Assembly (NCBI GenBank): GCA_036555065.1
Contig: DATBLZ010000040.1
Location: forward strand, 119-64,118
Origin: Gammaproteobacteria bacterium
GTDB lineage: Bacteria; Pseudomonadota; Gammaproteobacteria; Steroidobacterales; Rariloculaceae
Length of the DNA: 64,000 nt
Direction: 5' to 3'
In this document: piece after piece, positions 32,379 to 41,720 of the stretch
Layout of the letters: each line of letters opens with the position of its first letter
How positions within the stretch are numbered: the stretch's first letter is position 1
Notes under the pieces: generated by a model
Told to the model about the DNA's origin: nothing
The model's input: only the letters and a program-made list of their open reading frames with translations
The model's database searches: none
Made by a program: the position numbers and the translations under genes

Positions 32379-33290
32379 TTGAAGCAACGCACGCTTAGGG
32401 ATTCGATTCGCGCGACGGGGATTGGCCTGCATAGCGGCGCCAAGGTCTACATGACGTTGCGGCCGGCGCCCGCGAATACCGGCATCGTGTTTCGACGCCT
32501 CGATTTGCCGGAGCCCGTCGACATACCGGCCGATGCCCTGTCCGTCACGCAGACGACTCTCGGTACGACGCTCGAGCGCGGCGCGGGCAAGGTCGCGACC
32601 GTCGAGCACTTGATGTCGGCGTTCGCCGGATTGGGCATCGACAACGCGTTCATCGACTTGACCGCGCCCGAGGTGCCGATCATGGATGGCAGCGCGGCGC
32701 CGTTCGTGTTCTTGCTGCAATCGGCCGGTATCGAGGAGCAGAACGCGGCAAAGCGTTTCATTCGGATCGTTCGACCCGTCGTCGTAGAAGAAGGTGACAA
32801 GTGGGCGCGCCTCACGCCGCATGATGGCTTCCGCGTCAACTTCGAGATCGATTTCGATCACCCCGTGCTGCGCAAGCACCGCCAGAAGGCAAGTCTGGAA
32901 TTTTCGACGACGGCGTTTCTCAAAGAGATTAGCCGCGCGCGGACGTTCGGGTTTCTGCGCGACGTTGAGACGCTGCGTTCCCACGATCTCGCGCTCGGCG
33001 GCAGCATGGACAACGCAATCGTCATGGACGAGTACCGCGTGCTCAACGAAGACGGCTTGCGATTCCGCGACGAGTTCGTGCGCCACAAGGTGCTCGATGC
33101 CGTGGGCGACTTATATCTGCTCGGCTGCTGTCTCATCGGCGAGTTTACGGGTCACAAGTCCGGTCATCGCCTCAACAACCTGCTGCTGCGCGCGCTGCTC
33201 CGCGAGCCTGCGACGCACGAGGAAGTCGTGTTCGACGAAGAGCGGCGTTCCCCGGTTTCCTATCAGCTCGCCCCGGGTCTCCCGGATTAG
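32379..33290 (+). CDS. lpxC: UDP-3-O-acyl-N-acetylglucosamine deacetylase LpxC
   Basis: 303-aa ORF with an apparent TTG start. [39 protein letters not shown] matches the LpxC N-terminus. [10 protein letters not shown] motif present. Confidence 0.96.
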   Translation: MKQRTLRDSIRATGIGLHSGAKVYMTLRPAPANTGIVFRRLDLPEPVDIPADALSVTQTTLGTTLERGAGKVATVEHLMSAFAGLGIDNAFIDLTAPEVPIMDGSAAPFVFLLQSAGIEEQNAAKRFIRIVRPVVVEEGDKWARLTPHDGFRVNFEIDFDHPVLRKHRQKASLEFSTTAFLKEISRARTFGFLRDVETLRSHDLALGGSMDNAIVMDEYRVLNEDGLRFRDEFVRHKVLDAVGDLYLLGCCLIGEFTGHKSGHRLNNLLLRALLREPATHEEVVFDEERRSPVSYQLAPGLPD

Positions 33291-33682
33291 CCTTTGGGCA
33301 CGACGCGCACGTGCACTTCGCCGCGTCCGAGCTCGCGGGCGCGATAGCGTACGCGCGCGGCCCAGGCCGCCGAATCGACACCGAGCACGAGCCTTCCTGC
33401 TGCATCCATGCTCGCGCAGACCACGTGCTCAGCCTCGTCGGCGGCAAGGCGAGACCTGACCTCCGCGACCAACTTGCGCCGCTCCGCGGCCTGGGACAGC
33501 AACGTCGCGATGTCGCCGGATTGCAACACATCGGCCAATGGACGGGGACCTGTGCCCCGGGTGTTTTTTGAGACCGGGTTCAACGTTTTGAGGCTAAAAC
33601 CTTGAGTCTTGGGCTGATTCTGGGCATTCTCATGGCTCTCGATAAAGGGCAAACCGTCCGAAAGGACGGGACGCAAAGCCAC
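33287..33682 (-). CDS. DUF721 (DciA-like) domain protein; start codon uncertain
   Basis: The C-terminal approximately 85 aa ([10 protein letters not shown]...[23 protein letters not shown]) look like DUF721, and the gene occupies the lpxC-DUF721-M23-secA position seen in Pseudomonas. The first approximately 45 codons lie in an AT-richer tract with atypical codons and may not be coding. Confidence 0.55.
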   Translation of the reverse strand: MALRPVLSDGLPFIESHENAQNQPKTQGFSLKTLNPVSKNTRGTGPRPLADVLQSGDIATLLSQAAERRKLVAEVRSRLAADEAEHVVCASMDAAGRLVLGVDSAAWAARVRYRARELGRGEVHVRVVPKG

Positions 33683-33823
33683 CGATCTAAGGGGTTAGTT
33701 CCTAAGATAGCGGGGTTGCCGAGTGGCGAATTTCGAAGCAAGCTATAGGCCTGTTGTGTCGGGTCCGGGCCGGGCCCTATACGACAATAATAACCATACA
33801 AAGGGTCGCGGAGGCTCGGGCGG

Positions 33824-34744
33824 ATGCAACTAATCCTGCTTTCAAAGCACCGCGGACACCTTGGACAGCTGCGCCTGAGCTCGCGGCGCGCGTGCGCAGC
33901 GCTCGCCGGACTCGCGATCGTAGTCTGTGCGTCGAGCTTCTTCGCCGGGTTCCGTACGGCGAGCGTCTTCGGCGTCGCGAATCCCGAGATCCAAGTCGCG
34001 CAATGGCGCGCCGAGCTCGCGGCGCAAGAGCAAGCCGTCGAGGCCACGCGCCGCGCGTTGCAGCAGAATATCGACGCACTCGCGTTGCGTATCGGCCAGA
34101 TGAATGCACACGTGGTCCGCCTGGACGCGCTGGGCTCGAGGCTCACGCAGATGGCGGACCTTAGTGACGGGGAGTTCGATTTCTCGAGCCCGCCGTCCCT
34201 CGGTGGACCCGAAGAGCCCATCGCCGACGGTGAAGCGATGCAGGTCGGTAGCGTCGTCACTGCGCTCAATACGCTCGACGTCCAGCTCGCCGACCGCGAC
34301 GCGCAGCTCAGCGTGCTCGAGGATTTCCTTCTCAATCGCAAGCTGCGCGACGAGGTACATCCGGAGGGCCGGCCCGTGACCGCCGGCTATGTGTCCTCGC
34401 GTTTCGGTCATCGGACCGATCCCTTCACAGGACGCCGTGCGTTTCACAAGGGAGTCGACTTTGCGGGCCGTGCGGGCGCCGATGTCGTCGCAGTGGCTTC
34501 GGGCGTCGTGATTTGGTCCGGGCCGCGTTACGGATACGGCGAGCTCGTCGAGATCAACCACGGCAACGGCTACGTGACGCGATATGCGCATAACGCCGAC
34601 AATCTCGTGGTGATCGGCGAGACGGTCAAACGCGGTCAGGTCATCGCACGCATGGGCGACACGGGTCGCGCCACCGGGCCGAACCTCCATTTCGAAGTTC
34701 TGCACAACGGCAAAGCCGTCGACCCGCTGATGTACATCCAGTAA
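33824..34744 (+). CDS. M23-family (LytM-domain) peptidoglycan endopeptidase with coiled-coil N-terminal region
   Basis: 306-aa ORF with an N-terminal TM/signal segment and a coiled coil. M23 motifs HKGVDFAG, HGNGYVTRYAH and PNLHFEV. Confidence 0.9.
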   Translation: MQLILLSKHRGHLGQLRLSSRRACAALAGLAIVVCASSFFAGFRTASVFGVANPEIQVAQWRAELAAQEQAVEATRRALQQNIDALALRIGQMNAHVVRLDALGSRLTQMADLSDGEFDFSSPPSLGGPEEPIADGEAMQVGSVVTALNTLDVQLADRDAQLSVLEDFLLNRKLRDEVHPEGRPVTAGYVSSRFGHRTDPFTGRRAFHKGVDFAGRAGADVVAVASGVVIWSGPRYGYGELVEINHGNGYVTRYAHNADNLVVIGETVKRGQVIARMGDTGRATGPNLHFEVLHNGKAVDPLMYIQ

Positions 34745-34847
34745 GAAAAATGCCAGTGCCTCGCAGTGCTCTGGCCCTTGTTAGGTAAGTAATCCGCCCC
34801 CAATCTCCTTACAATAGCGGCCTTTGGCCGCTTGCTAGGGACGTTGA

Positions 34848-37793
34848 TTGGCGAATCTCCTTACGAATCTTCTTACGGGTGTCTTCGGCAGCCGTAATCA
34901 GCGGCTGCTGCGCCAATACGGCAAATACGTCGCTCAAGCGGGCGCGCTCGCGGCCGCGATGGCCGCGCTCGACGATACGGCGCTCAAGGCGAAGACCGCT
35001 GAGCTCAAGGAGCGCTACGCGGCGCTCGGGACTCTCGAGCCGCTCTTGCCGGAGGCGTTCGCCGTCGTCCGCGAGGCCGCGCGCCGCACGATCCGCATGC
35101 GCCACTTCGACGTGCAGCTCATCGGCGGAATCACGCTGCACGAGGGCAAGATCGCCGAGATGCGCACCGGCGAGGGCAAGACCCTCGTTGCGACTTTGGC
35201 GGCGTACGTCAATGCGTTGACCGGTCAGGGCGTGCACATCGTCACAGTCAACGAGTATCTCGCGCGCCGGGACGCGGAGTGGATGGGTCCGATTTACCGC
35301 TTCCTGGGCCTCGAGGTCGGCGTCATCAAGAGCGGCCAATCGGTCGACGAGAAACGCGCTGCATATGCGGCCGATATCACCTACGGCACCAACAACGAAT
35401 TCGGCTTCGATTACCTGCGCGACAATCTCGCATTCCGCACGCAGGACCGCGTCCAGCGGTCGCTCAACTTCGCGATCGTCGACGAAGTCGATTCGATATT
35501 GATCGACGAGGCCCGTACGCCGCTCATCATTTCCGGCCGCTCGGAGGAGAGCACCGAGCTCTACGTGCGGATCAACAAGTTGATTCCGAGCCTCAAGAAG
35601 CACGACGCCCCATCGGGGCCTGCGAACGAGGCCATTGAAGCGAATCAAATCGAGCTGCTCGATCGTAAGGGAAAGTCGCTCGGCACGATGTCGACCGACG
35701 ACGCGCTCGCAAAAGCGCGCGCGGAGGGGTTACATCTGGTCCAGACTGACGCGGGCGCACGGCCCGTCAAATGTCAGCTCTTCATTCCGGGCGACTACAC
35801 GGTCGACGAGAAATCGAAGCAAGCCCACCTCACCGAGGAGGGGCACGAGAACGTCGAGGGGCTGCTCACGAAGGCCGGGATCCTCGCGGCCGGCGAGAGT
35901 CTATACGATGCCGCGAACATCCGCTTGATGCACCATGTGAACGCGGCGCTGCGTGCACATGCGCTCTTCAGACGCGAGGTCGAATACATCATCGCGAACG
36001 GCGAGGTCGTCATCGTCGATGAGTTTACGGGCCGCACGATGCCGGGCCGCCGATGGTCGGACGGCCTCCACCAGGCGATCGAGGCCAAGGAAGGCGTGCA
36101 TGTCAAGGAGGAGAACCAAACCGTCGCCTCGATCACCTTTCAAAACTACTTCCGACTGTACAAAAAGCTCGCGGGCATGACGGGCACGGCCGATACCGAG
36201 GCCTACGAATTCCAGCAGATCTACGGCCTCGAGGTCGTCGTCATTCCGACCCACAAGACGATGATTCGCGCGGACGCGCCCGATCTCGTGTACTTGACGC
36301 AAGACGACAAATTCGAGGCGATTCTCGAAGACATCGTGGACTGCCAGAAGCGCGAGCAGCCCGTGCTCGTCGGCACGACGTCGATCGAGACGTCGGAGTT
36401 TCTGTCGGGCCTGCTCAAGGAGCGCAAGGTCAAGCACCAGGTGTTGAACGCCAAGTACCACGAGCAGGAGGCGCAGATCGTCGCGGAAGCGGGCCGTCCG
36501 GGCACGGTGACCATCGCGACGAACATGGCGGGCCGCGGCACCGACATCGTGCTCGGCGGCAATCTCGAGGCCGAGCGCGCGGCGCTGCGGGCCGCCGGCC
36601 CCACCGACGCTGCGGCGGAAAAAGCTCTCGAGGACGATTGGCAGCGGCGCCACGACCAGGTCATCGCCGTCGGTGGATTGCATATCGTCGGCACCGAACG
36701 GCACGAGTCGCGGCGCATCGACAATCAGCTTCGCGGCCGATCGGGCAGACAAGGCGACCCCGGCTCGAGCCGCTTCTACCTCGCGATGGAAGACAACCTC
36801 ATGCGGATCTTCGGCAACCCCGAGAACACGAAGCGGTTGCTAACGCGCGCGGGCATGAAACGCGGTGAGGCCATCGAAAGCAAGCTTCTGACGCGCCAGA
36901 TCGAGCGCGCGCAACGCAAAGTCGAGGCGCACAACTTCGACATTCGCAAGCAGCTGCTCGAATACGACGACGTTGCGAATGCGCAGCGCAAGGTCGTATA
37001 CCAACAGCGCTCGGAGCTCATGGAGGAAGAGGACATCGGCGAGGCCATCAAGGCGATTCGTCGCGAGGTCGTCGATGCGGTCATCTCCGAGTACGTGCCC
37101 GCGGACAGCGCCGAGGAGCTGTGGGACAAAGAGAATCTCACGAAGGCCTTGGAGCGAGAATTCGCGCTGCACGTCGATGTCGCCAAGCTCCTCGAGGACG
37201 ACCAAACACTCGATGAGCGCGGACTGCGCAAGCTCGTGCTCGAAAGAATCGAGCAAACCTACGAGGCCAAAGAGAGCGCCGTCGGCCCGCGCGTAATGCG
37301 CGAGCTCGAGAAGCAGATCATGCTGCGGCAGCTCGATGCGCATTGGAAGGAGCACATCGCAGCGCTCGACTATCTGCGGCAGGGCATCCACTTACGCGGA
37401 TATGCGCAGCGCAACCCGAAGCAGGAATACAAACGCGAAGCGTTCGAGATGTTCAGCGCGCTGCTCGACCGCGTTAAGCACGAGACCATCACGATTCTCG
37501 CTCGCATCCAGATCCGGCGGCCCGAAGATGTCGGCGCCGTGGAGCCGCCTGCCCCCGATCCGCGCAAGCTCCAGTTTCAGCATGCGGCCGCACCGTCGTT
37601 GACCGCTGCCGCGCTCGCACCGCCGACCGGCGCCGATGGCGCGAGCGCGCCGCTGCCTCGACCGCGAGCCGCTGCACAGCGGCCGGAGCCGATCACGCCC
37701 TTCGTGCGCGAGCAGCCGAAAGTCGGACGCAATCAGCCGTGTCCGTGTGGATCCGGCAAAAAGTACAAGCAGTGCCACGGGCGGCTCAGCTAG
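34848..37793 (+). CDS. secA: Preprotein translocase ATPase SecA (981 aa, with extra module in the PPXD)
   Basis: TTG start is forced by an in-frame TGA at 34845, with an AGGGA Shine-Dalgarno 7 nt upstream. Motifs [46 protein letters not shown] and the C-terminal zinc finger [14 protein letters not shown]. Confidence 0.98.
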   Translation: MANLLTNLLTGVFGSRNQRLLRQYGKYVAQAGALAAAMAALDDTALKAKTAELKERYAALGTLEPLLPEAFAVVREAARRTIRMRHFDVQLIGGITLHEGKIAEMRTGEGKTLVATLAAYVNALTGQGVHIVTVNEYLARRDAEWMGPIYRFLGLEVGVIKSGQSVDEKRAAYAADITYGTNNEFGFDYLRDNLAFRTQDRVQRSLNFAIVDEVDSILIDEARTPLIISGRSEESTELYVRINKLIPSLKKHDAPSGPANEAIEANQIELLDRKGKSLGTMSTDDALAKARAEGLHLVQTDAGARPVKCQLFIPGDYTVDEKSKQAHLTEEGHENVEGLLTKAGILAAGESLYDAANIRLMHHVNAALRAHALFRREVEYIIANGEVVIVDEFTGRTMPGRRWSDGLHQAIEAKEGVHVKEENQTVASITFQNYFRLYKKLAGMTGTADTEAYEFQQIYGLEVVVIPTHKTMIRADAPDLVYLTQDDKFEAILEDIVDCQKREQPVLVGTTSIETSEFLSGLLKERKVKHQVLNAKYHEQEAQIVAEAGRPGTVTIATNMAGRGTDIVLGGNLEAERAALRAAGPTDAAAEKALEDDWQRRHDQVIAVGGLHIVGTERHESRRIDNQLRGRSGRQGDPGSSRFYLAMEDNLMRIFGNPENTKRLLTRAGMKRGEAIESKLLTRQIERAQRKVEAHNFDIRKQLLEYDDVANAQRKVVYQQRSELMEEEDIGEAIKAIRREVVDAVISEYVPADSAEELWDKENLTKALEREFALHVDVAKLLEDDQTLDERGLRKLVLERIEQTYEAKESAVGPRVMRELEKQIMLRQLDAHWKEHIAALDYLRQGIHLRGYAQRNPKQEYKREAFEMFSALLDRVKHETITILARIQIRRPEDVGAVEPPAPDPRKLQFQHAAAPSLTAAALAPPTGADGASAPLPRPRAAAQRPEPITPFVREQPKVGRNQPCPCGSGKKYKQCHGRLS

Positions 37794-37807
37794 ACCCGAT
37801 TCACGTC

Positions 37808-38191
37808 ATGGTCGCGATCATCCGCGACGCCAAGGGTCGGGTTTTGCTCAGCCAACGCGTGCCCGGAGCGCACATGGCGGGCGCCTGGGAATTTCCGGGC
37901 GGCAAAAAAGAGCCCGACGAGACTCGTTTCGACGCGCTCGAGCGCGAGCTCACCGAGGAGCTCGGCATCGCCGTCGTCGCGGCGGCGCCCTTCATCGAGA
38001 TCGCGCATGCTTACCCGGATCGAAACGTGCACCTCGACGTCTGGGTCGTCACGGATTATGCGCGAGAGCCTCTGGCCAGGGAGGGGCAGAGGCTGCACTG
38101 GGCGACCGTGGCGGAGCTCGAGGACTCGGGCCTGCTCGAGGCCGACCGGCCGATCGTGGCCGCCCTGCGTGCACTTGCTGAGCCCTGCTAA
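37808..38191 (+). CDS. mutT: 8-oxo-dGTP diphosphatase MutT (Nudix)
   Basis: ATG at 37808. Nudix box GGKKEPDETRFDALERELTEELG. Aligns along its length with E. coli MutT. Conserved secA-mutT adjacency. Confidence 0.85.
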   Translation: MVAIIRDAKGRVLLSQRVPGAHMAGAWEFPGGKKEPDETRFDALERELTEELGIAVVAAAPFIEIAHAYPDRNVHLDVWVVTDYAREPLAREGQRLHWATVAELEDSGLLEADRPIVAALRALAEPC

Positions 38192-38265
38192 CGGATTCTG
38201 TTGAGTGGGCCGCTTTATGTCTATTTTGCTACACTTCCAAACCTGGGTGCTTATAACAACGCCAA

Positions 38266-38676
38266 ATGCCCAGCTCGAAAACAGCTCGGTCGTGTCTGAA
38301 CGTGGGTCGTGGGCTCATTGCGTGCGTCACGGCCATCACCGCGCACGCATGGGCTGAAGTCCCGGTCGAGGCCGGAGTTCTCGATGCGCTCGCGTCCGGG
38401 CGCGCACGCGTCGTCGTCGAGTTGCGGATCGGAGACGCGTTTCATCCCGAGGGTACTCTCAGTGAAAGCGCTGCCGCTGCCCAACGGCAAGCGATTCTCG
38501 CCGCCCAGCAAGCGACGCTCACCGCTCTCGAGGGCGTCGAGGCGCGAGTGCTGCAAAGACCCGCGACGGTTCCGTTCTTGACCCTCGACGTAGGGCCCGA
38601 TGCCCTCTACAGGCTCAAGGCAATGCCCGAGCTCGTCGTCCGAATTTTCGCGGACAGCTCGGCGGCCGCCAATTGA
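38266..38676 (+). CDS. Small secreted protein, free-standing paralogue of the downstream protease's N-terminal prodomain (I9-inhibitor-like)
   Basis: 136-aa ORF with a signal peptide (GLIACVTAITAHAWA). The mature part aligns colinearly with residues approximately 30-125 of the adjacent S8 protease (RARVVVEL / RTRVIVEL; VPFLTLDV / VPFVALEI; VVRIFADS / AVRVFEDR). A 24-nt gap with an AGGAG Shine-Dalgarno separates it from the next gene. Confidence 0.6.
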   Translation: MPSSKTARSCLNVGRGLIACVTAITAHAWAEVPVEAGVLDALASGRARVVVELRIGDAFHPEGTLSESAAAAQRQAILAAQQATLTALEGVEARVLQRPATVPFLTLDVGPDALYRLKAMPELVVRIFADSSAAAN

Positions 38677-38700
38677 CCGAAAAAGGCAGGAGTAATTCCC

Positions 38701-40914
38701 ATGAGCGTTAGACTGCATTCGATTGTCGCCCTCGCTGCGCTGACGATCATGGCCGGCACGGAAGTCGGTTTCGCGCAATCGTCGCCGACAGTGCCACAGA
38801 TCGTCCGCGATCGCATCGCATCCTCCGGGCGAACGCGCGTCATCGTCGAGCTTGCGGCGACGAGCCTTGCGCCGGACGGGCGCCGGTCGGCCGAGCAGAT
38901 GCGCCGGCAACGGACGGAAATCGCCGCGCAACGCAGCCGCCTGCGCGCGCGGCTCGGACAAGGCGCCCATCGCTTCGTTCACGAATTCGCGAATGTGCCG
39001 TTCGTCGCACTCGAGATCGACGCGTCCTCGCTTGCCGAATTGGAAGCCGCAGGATCACCCGCGGTCCGGGTTTTCGAGGATCGGCTCTTGGCGCCGACGC
39101 TGGCTCAGAGCGTCCCACTCATAGAGGCAGATCTCGCGCATCAAATCGGGCTCAACGGTAGCGGCAACGTCGTCGCGGTCGTGGATTCGGGCGTGGACCG
39201 GACGCATCCGTTTCTCGCGCCGCGCGTGGTCGCAGAAGCTTGCTTTGCGAGTGCCGAATCCGGCGACGGCGGCGATTGCCCGAACGGGCAAGCCACGGAG
39301 ATCGGTCCCGGCGCGGCCGAGAGTTGCGCGTTCGCGCCCTTGGCCTGCGGTCATGGAACCCACGTCGCCGGCATTGCCGCGGGGTCGGGACCCGAGTTTT
39401 CCGGCGTCGCCCCGAACGCGAGCCTCATCGCCGTGCAGGTTTTTCATGCATCCATGCAGTGCTTCTTCTTGCTCGAGGAGTTTCCCTGCCCACGCGCGTA
39501 CGAGAGCGACATCGTCGCCGGCTTGGAATACGTGATGAGCCTGCGCAACCAATTCAACATCGCCGCGGTCAACATGAGCCTTGGGGGAACGGCATACGAC
39601 AGCGCCTGCGATGCTGAAAGCCCGCTCTTCTCAGCCATCATCAACAATCTGAAATCGGTCGGCATCGCGACGATCGCGGCATCGGGCAACGATGGGCTCA
39701 CGGACGGCATCGCCGAACCCGCATGCATCGCCGCGGCGATCAGCGTCGGCGCCACGACCGACGATGACGAAGTCGCGTGGTTTTCGAACGCGTCAGCGGA
39801 CCTCGATCTGCTCGCGCCGGGAACCGGCATCAACTCATCGATGCCGGGCGGAGGTTTCGAGGAGCTCGACGGGACTTCGATGGCTGCGCCACACGTCGCC
39901 GGCGCGTGGGCGATATACAAGCAAGCCCATCCGGGCGCAACCGTCGACGAGGCGCTCGCGAGCTTCGTGAGCACCGGTACGCCGATCGCCGACTCGCGCG
40001 GCGGACCGACCAAGCCGCGGATCCGGGTCGGTGCTGCCGTCGGCATCGAGTCGCCCGTGCCGGTGATCGACTCGATCTCGCCGTCGACGGTGAACGCGTT
40101 TGCATCGGCCTTCACGCTGCGCGTCAACGGCAGCGGATTCATCGGCTCGTCCAAAGTCAGCTTGAACGGCCAGCCGCAGCGTACGACCTTCGTCAATGAC
40201 ACGACGTTGACCGTGACGATCGCGAGCGGGCAGCTTCCCGCGTCCGCAGCCGCAGTTACGGTCGCGGTGTCGACGCCTCCGCCCGGCGGCGGAACGTCGA
40301 ACGCCGCGACACTCAACGTCGTCGTCCCGGCGCTTGAGGTGAGTTCGACGATGGTCGATGCGGGCGATCCCGTCACGTTGACCCTCGTCGACGCGCCCGG
40401 CGGGGCAGAAGACTGGGTCGCGGTCTCGGCGGTCGGCAGCGCGAATACGAGCTACGTGACGTTCGTTGCTTTCGCGAACGCGCCGTCGGGGAGTTGGACG
40501 GTCAACATGCCGCAGACGCCCGGGACCTACGAGTTCCGGCTGTACCTGGACTATGGCTATGGCATCGCGGCCGTGAGCGCGCCGGTGGTGGTGGCGGCCA
40601 CCGAGCCTGAGCCTGAGCCTGAGCCCGAGCCTGCGCCGGTGGCGACGCTGACGGTGAGCACGACGACCGTTGCACCGGGTGCGCCGGTGACGGTGGCGCT
40701 CGCGAATGCGCCGGGCAACCCGACGGACTGGCTGGGGGTCTCGGCGGTCGGCAGCGCGAATACGAGCTACGTGGCGTTCGTTGCCTTCGCGAATGTGGCG
40801 TCGGGGAGTTGGACGGTCAACATGCCGCAGACGCCCGGGACCTACGAGTTCCGGCTGTACCTGGACTATGGCTATGGCATCGCGGCCGTGAGCGCGCCCG
40901 TGGTAGTCCAGTGA
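38701..40914 (+). CDS. Secreted subtilisin-like (S8) serine protease with prodomain, IPT/TIG-like domain and two tandem C-terminal beta-rich domains
   Basis: 737-aa ORF with a signal peptide. Catalytic Asp (VAVVDSGVD), His (HGTHVAGIAAG) and Ser (GTSMAAPHVAGA). An IPT-like segment (ISPSTVNAF...LTVTIASGQL), then a approximately 95-aa domain present twice, separated by a (EP)5 linker. Confidence 0.9.
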   Translation: MSVRLHSIVALAALTIMAGTEVGFAQSSPTVPQIVRDRIASSGRTRVIVELAATSLAPDGRRSAEQMRRQRTEIAAQRSRLRARLGQGAHRFVHEFANVPFVALEIDASSLAELEAAGSPAVRVFEDRLLAPTLAQSVPLIEADLAHQIGLNGSGNVVAVVDSGVDRTHPFLAPRVVAEACFASAESGDGGDCPNGQATEIGPGAAESCAFAPLACGHGTHVAGIAAGSGPEFSGVAPNASLIAVQVFHASMQCFFLLEEFPCPRAYESDIVAGLEYVMSLRNQFNIAAVNMSLGGTAYDSACDAESPLFSAIINNLKSVGIATIAASGNDGLTDGIAEPACIAAAISVGATTDDDEVAWFSNASADLDLLAPGTGINSSMPGGGFEELDGTSMAAPHVAGAWAIYKQAHPGATVDEALASFVSTGTPIADSRGGPTKPRIRVGAAVGIESPVPVIDSISPSTVNAFASAFTLRVNGSGFIGSSKVSLNGQPQRTTFVNDTTLTVTIASGQLPASAAAVTVAVSTPPPGGGTSNAATLNVVVPALEVSSTMVDAGDPVTLTLVDAPGGAEDWVAVSAVGSANTSYVTFVAFANAPSGSWTVNMPQTPGTYEFRLYLDYGYGIAAVSAPVVVAATEPEPEPEPEPAPVATLTVSTTTVAPGAPVTVALANAPGNPTDWLGVSAVGSANTSYVAFVAFANVASGSWTVNMPQTPGTYEFRLYLDYGYGIAAVSAPVVVQ
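40423..40583 (+). repeat. Copy 1 of a 161-bp near-identical intragenic direct repeat in the S8 protease gene
   Basis: GTCTCGGCGGTCGGCAGCGCGAATACGAGCTACGTG...GGCATCGCGGCCGTGAGCGCGCC recurs 315 bp downstream with only about 4 substitutions. Confidence 0.95.
40738..40898 (+). repeat. Copy 2 of the 161-bp intragenic direct repeat
   Basis: Same sequence as 40423-40583, offset by exactly 315 bp (105 codons). Confidence 0.95.
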
Positions 40915-40918
40915 GCGG

Positions 40919-41716
40919 TTAGCAGAGCGCGAGCAGGAAGCGAACGTCCTCGGCGACCTGCCGCGGATACTCGGTAGCCCCGCGCCACTGTGCGAACCGC
41001 ACCGTGAAGCGATGCGGTCCCGCGCTGATCTCGGGGAACAGGTCCGCGTTCGCTGGCAGCAGCACGCGGATCAAATTCACCTGCTCGCTCTTGCCGAGGC
41101 TGTGCTGATATAGGCCGCCGGTAGCGACGCACTCGACCGGCTCGGTCGACTCGCGCGTGAGCCAAAGCACTCGCGTCACGGCATCGCAGAGCGGCTTGAG
41201 CTGACTCAGCCATTTGGCAAGTTGCGTCGCCCGCTCGCGCTCCGGTCTATGCAGCCAGTAGCCATAGTGCGGCAAGTCGAACGCGCAAGTGCCTCCCGGC
41301 AAACCGCGCTGGCGGATCTTGTTCAGAAACTCGTTGTCCCGGAGCTCCGCGAGCAATTGCTTGCCGGCCGAATTGAGCTCGGCGCGCATCGCATCGAGGT
41401 TCTCCATGAGGCTGTCGAGCCGCCCGGCATCGACGCCGCGTGCTTGGCGGTACTGGGCGAGGAGCTCGGAGTGACGGTCGAGCTCCTTGAGCACGTCGCC
41501 GCGGACATCGCCGCGGCCGACGATCGTCAAGATCTCGAGGAGGCTGCCGACGGCCGCGCGTGCGCCGAAATCCGTCGAATCTCCGGCATGAAACACCGCC
41601 TGCCGATAGAGGAGCTCGAGGCGCAGGAATGTCCGCATGCGTTCGTTGAGCGGTTGCTCGAACTCGATCGGCTCCGCGCTCGGTTCCGGCAGAATGGCCT
41701 CCGCGGGATCAATCAT
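40919..41716 (-). CDS. zapD: Cell division protein ZapD (YacF)
   Basis: Start MIDPAEAILPEP at 41716. IEFEQPLNERMRTFLRLELL and the rest match the ZapD/DUF1342 family. Conserved coaE-zapD order. Confidence 0.88.
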   Translation of the reverse strand: MIDPAEAILPEPSAEPIEFEQPLNERMRTFLRLELLYRQAVFHAGDSTDFGARAAVGSLLEILTIVGRGDVRGDVLKELDRHSELLAQYRQARGVDAGRLDSLMENLDAMRAELNSAGKQLLAELRDNEFLNKIRQRGLPGGTCAFDLPHYGYWLHRPERERATQLAKWLSQLKPLCDAVTRVLWLTRESTEPVECVATGGLYQHSLGKSEQVNLIRVLLPANADLFPEISAGPHRFTVRFAQWRGATEYPRQVAEDVRFLLALC

Positions 41717-41720
41717 GGCG

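Noticed and set aside
40603-40632. GAGCCT x5 hexanucleotide microsatellite
   Set aside because: It is in frame inside the S8 protease gene and encodes an (EP)5 interdomain linker. It is not a CRISPR array or a regulatory repeat.
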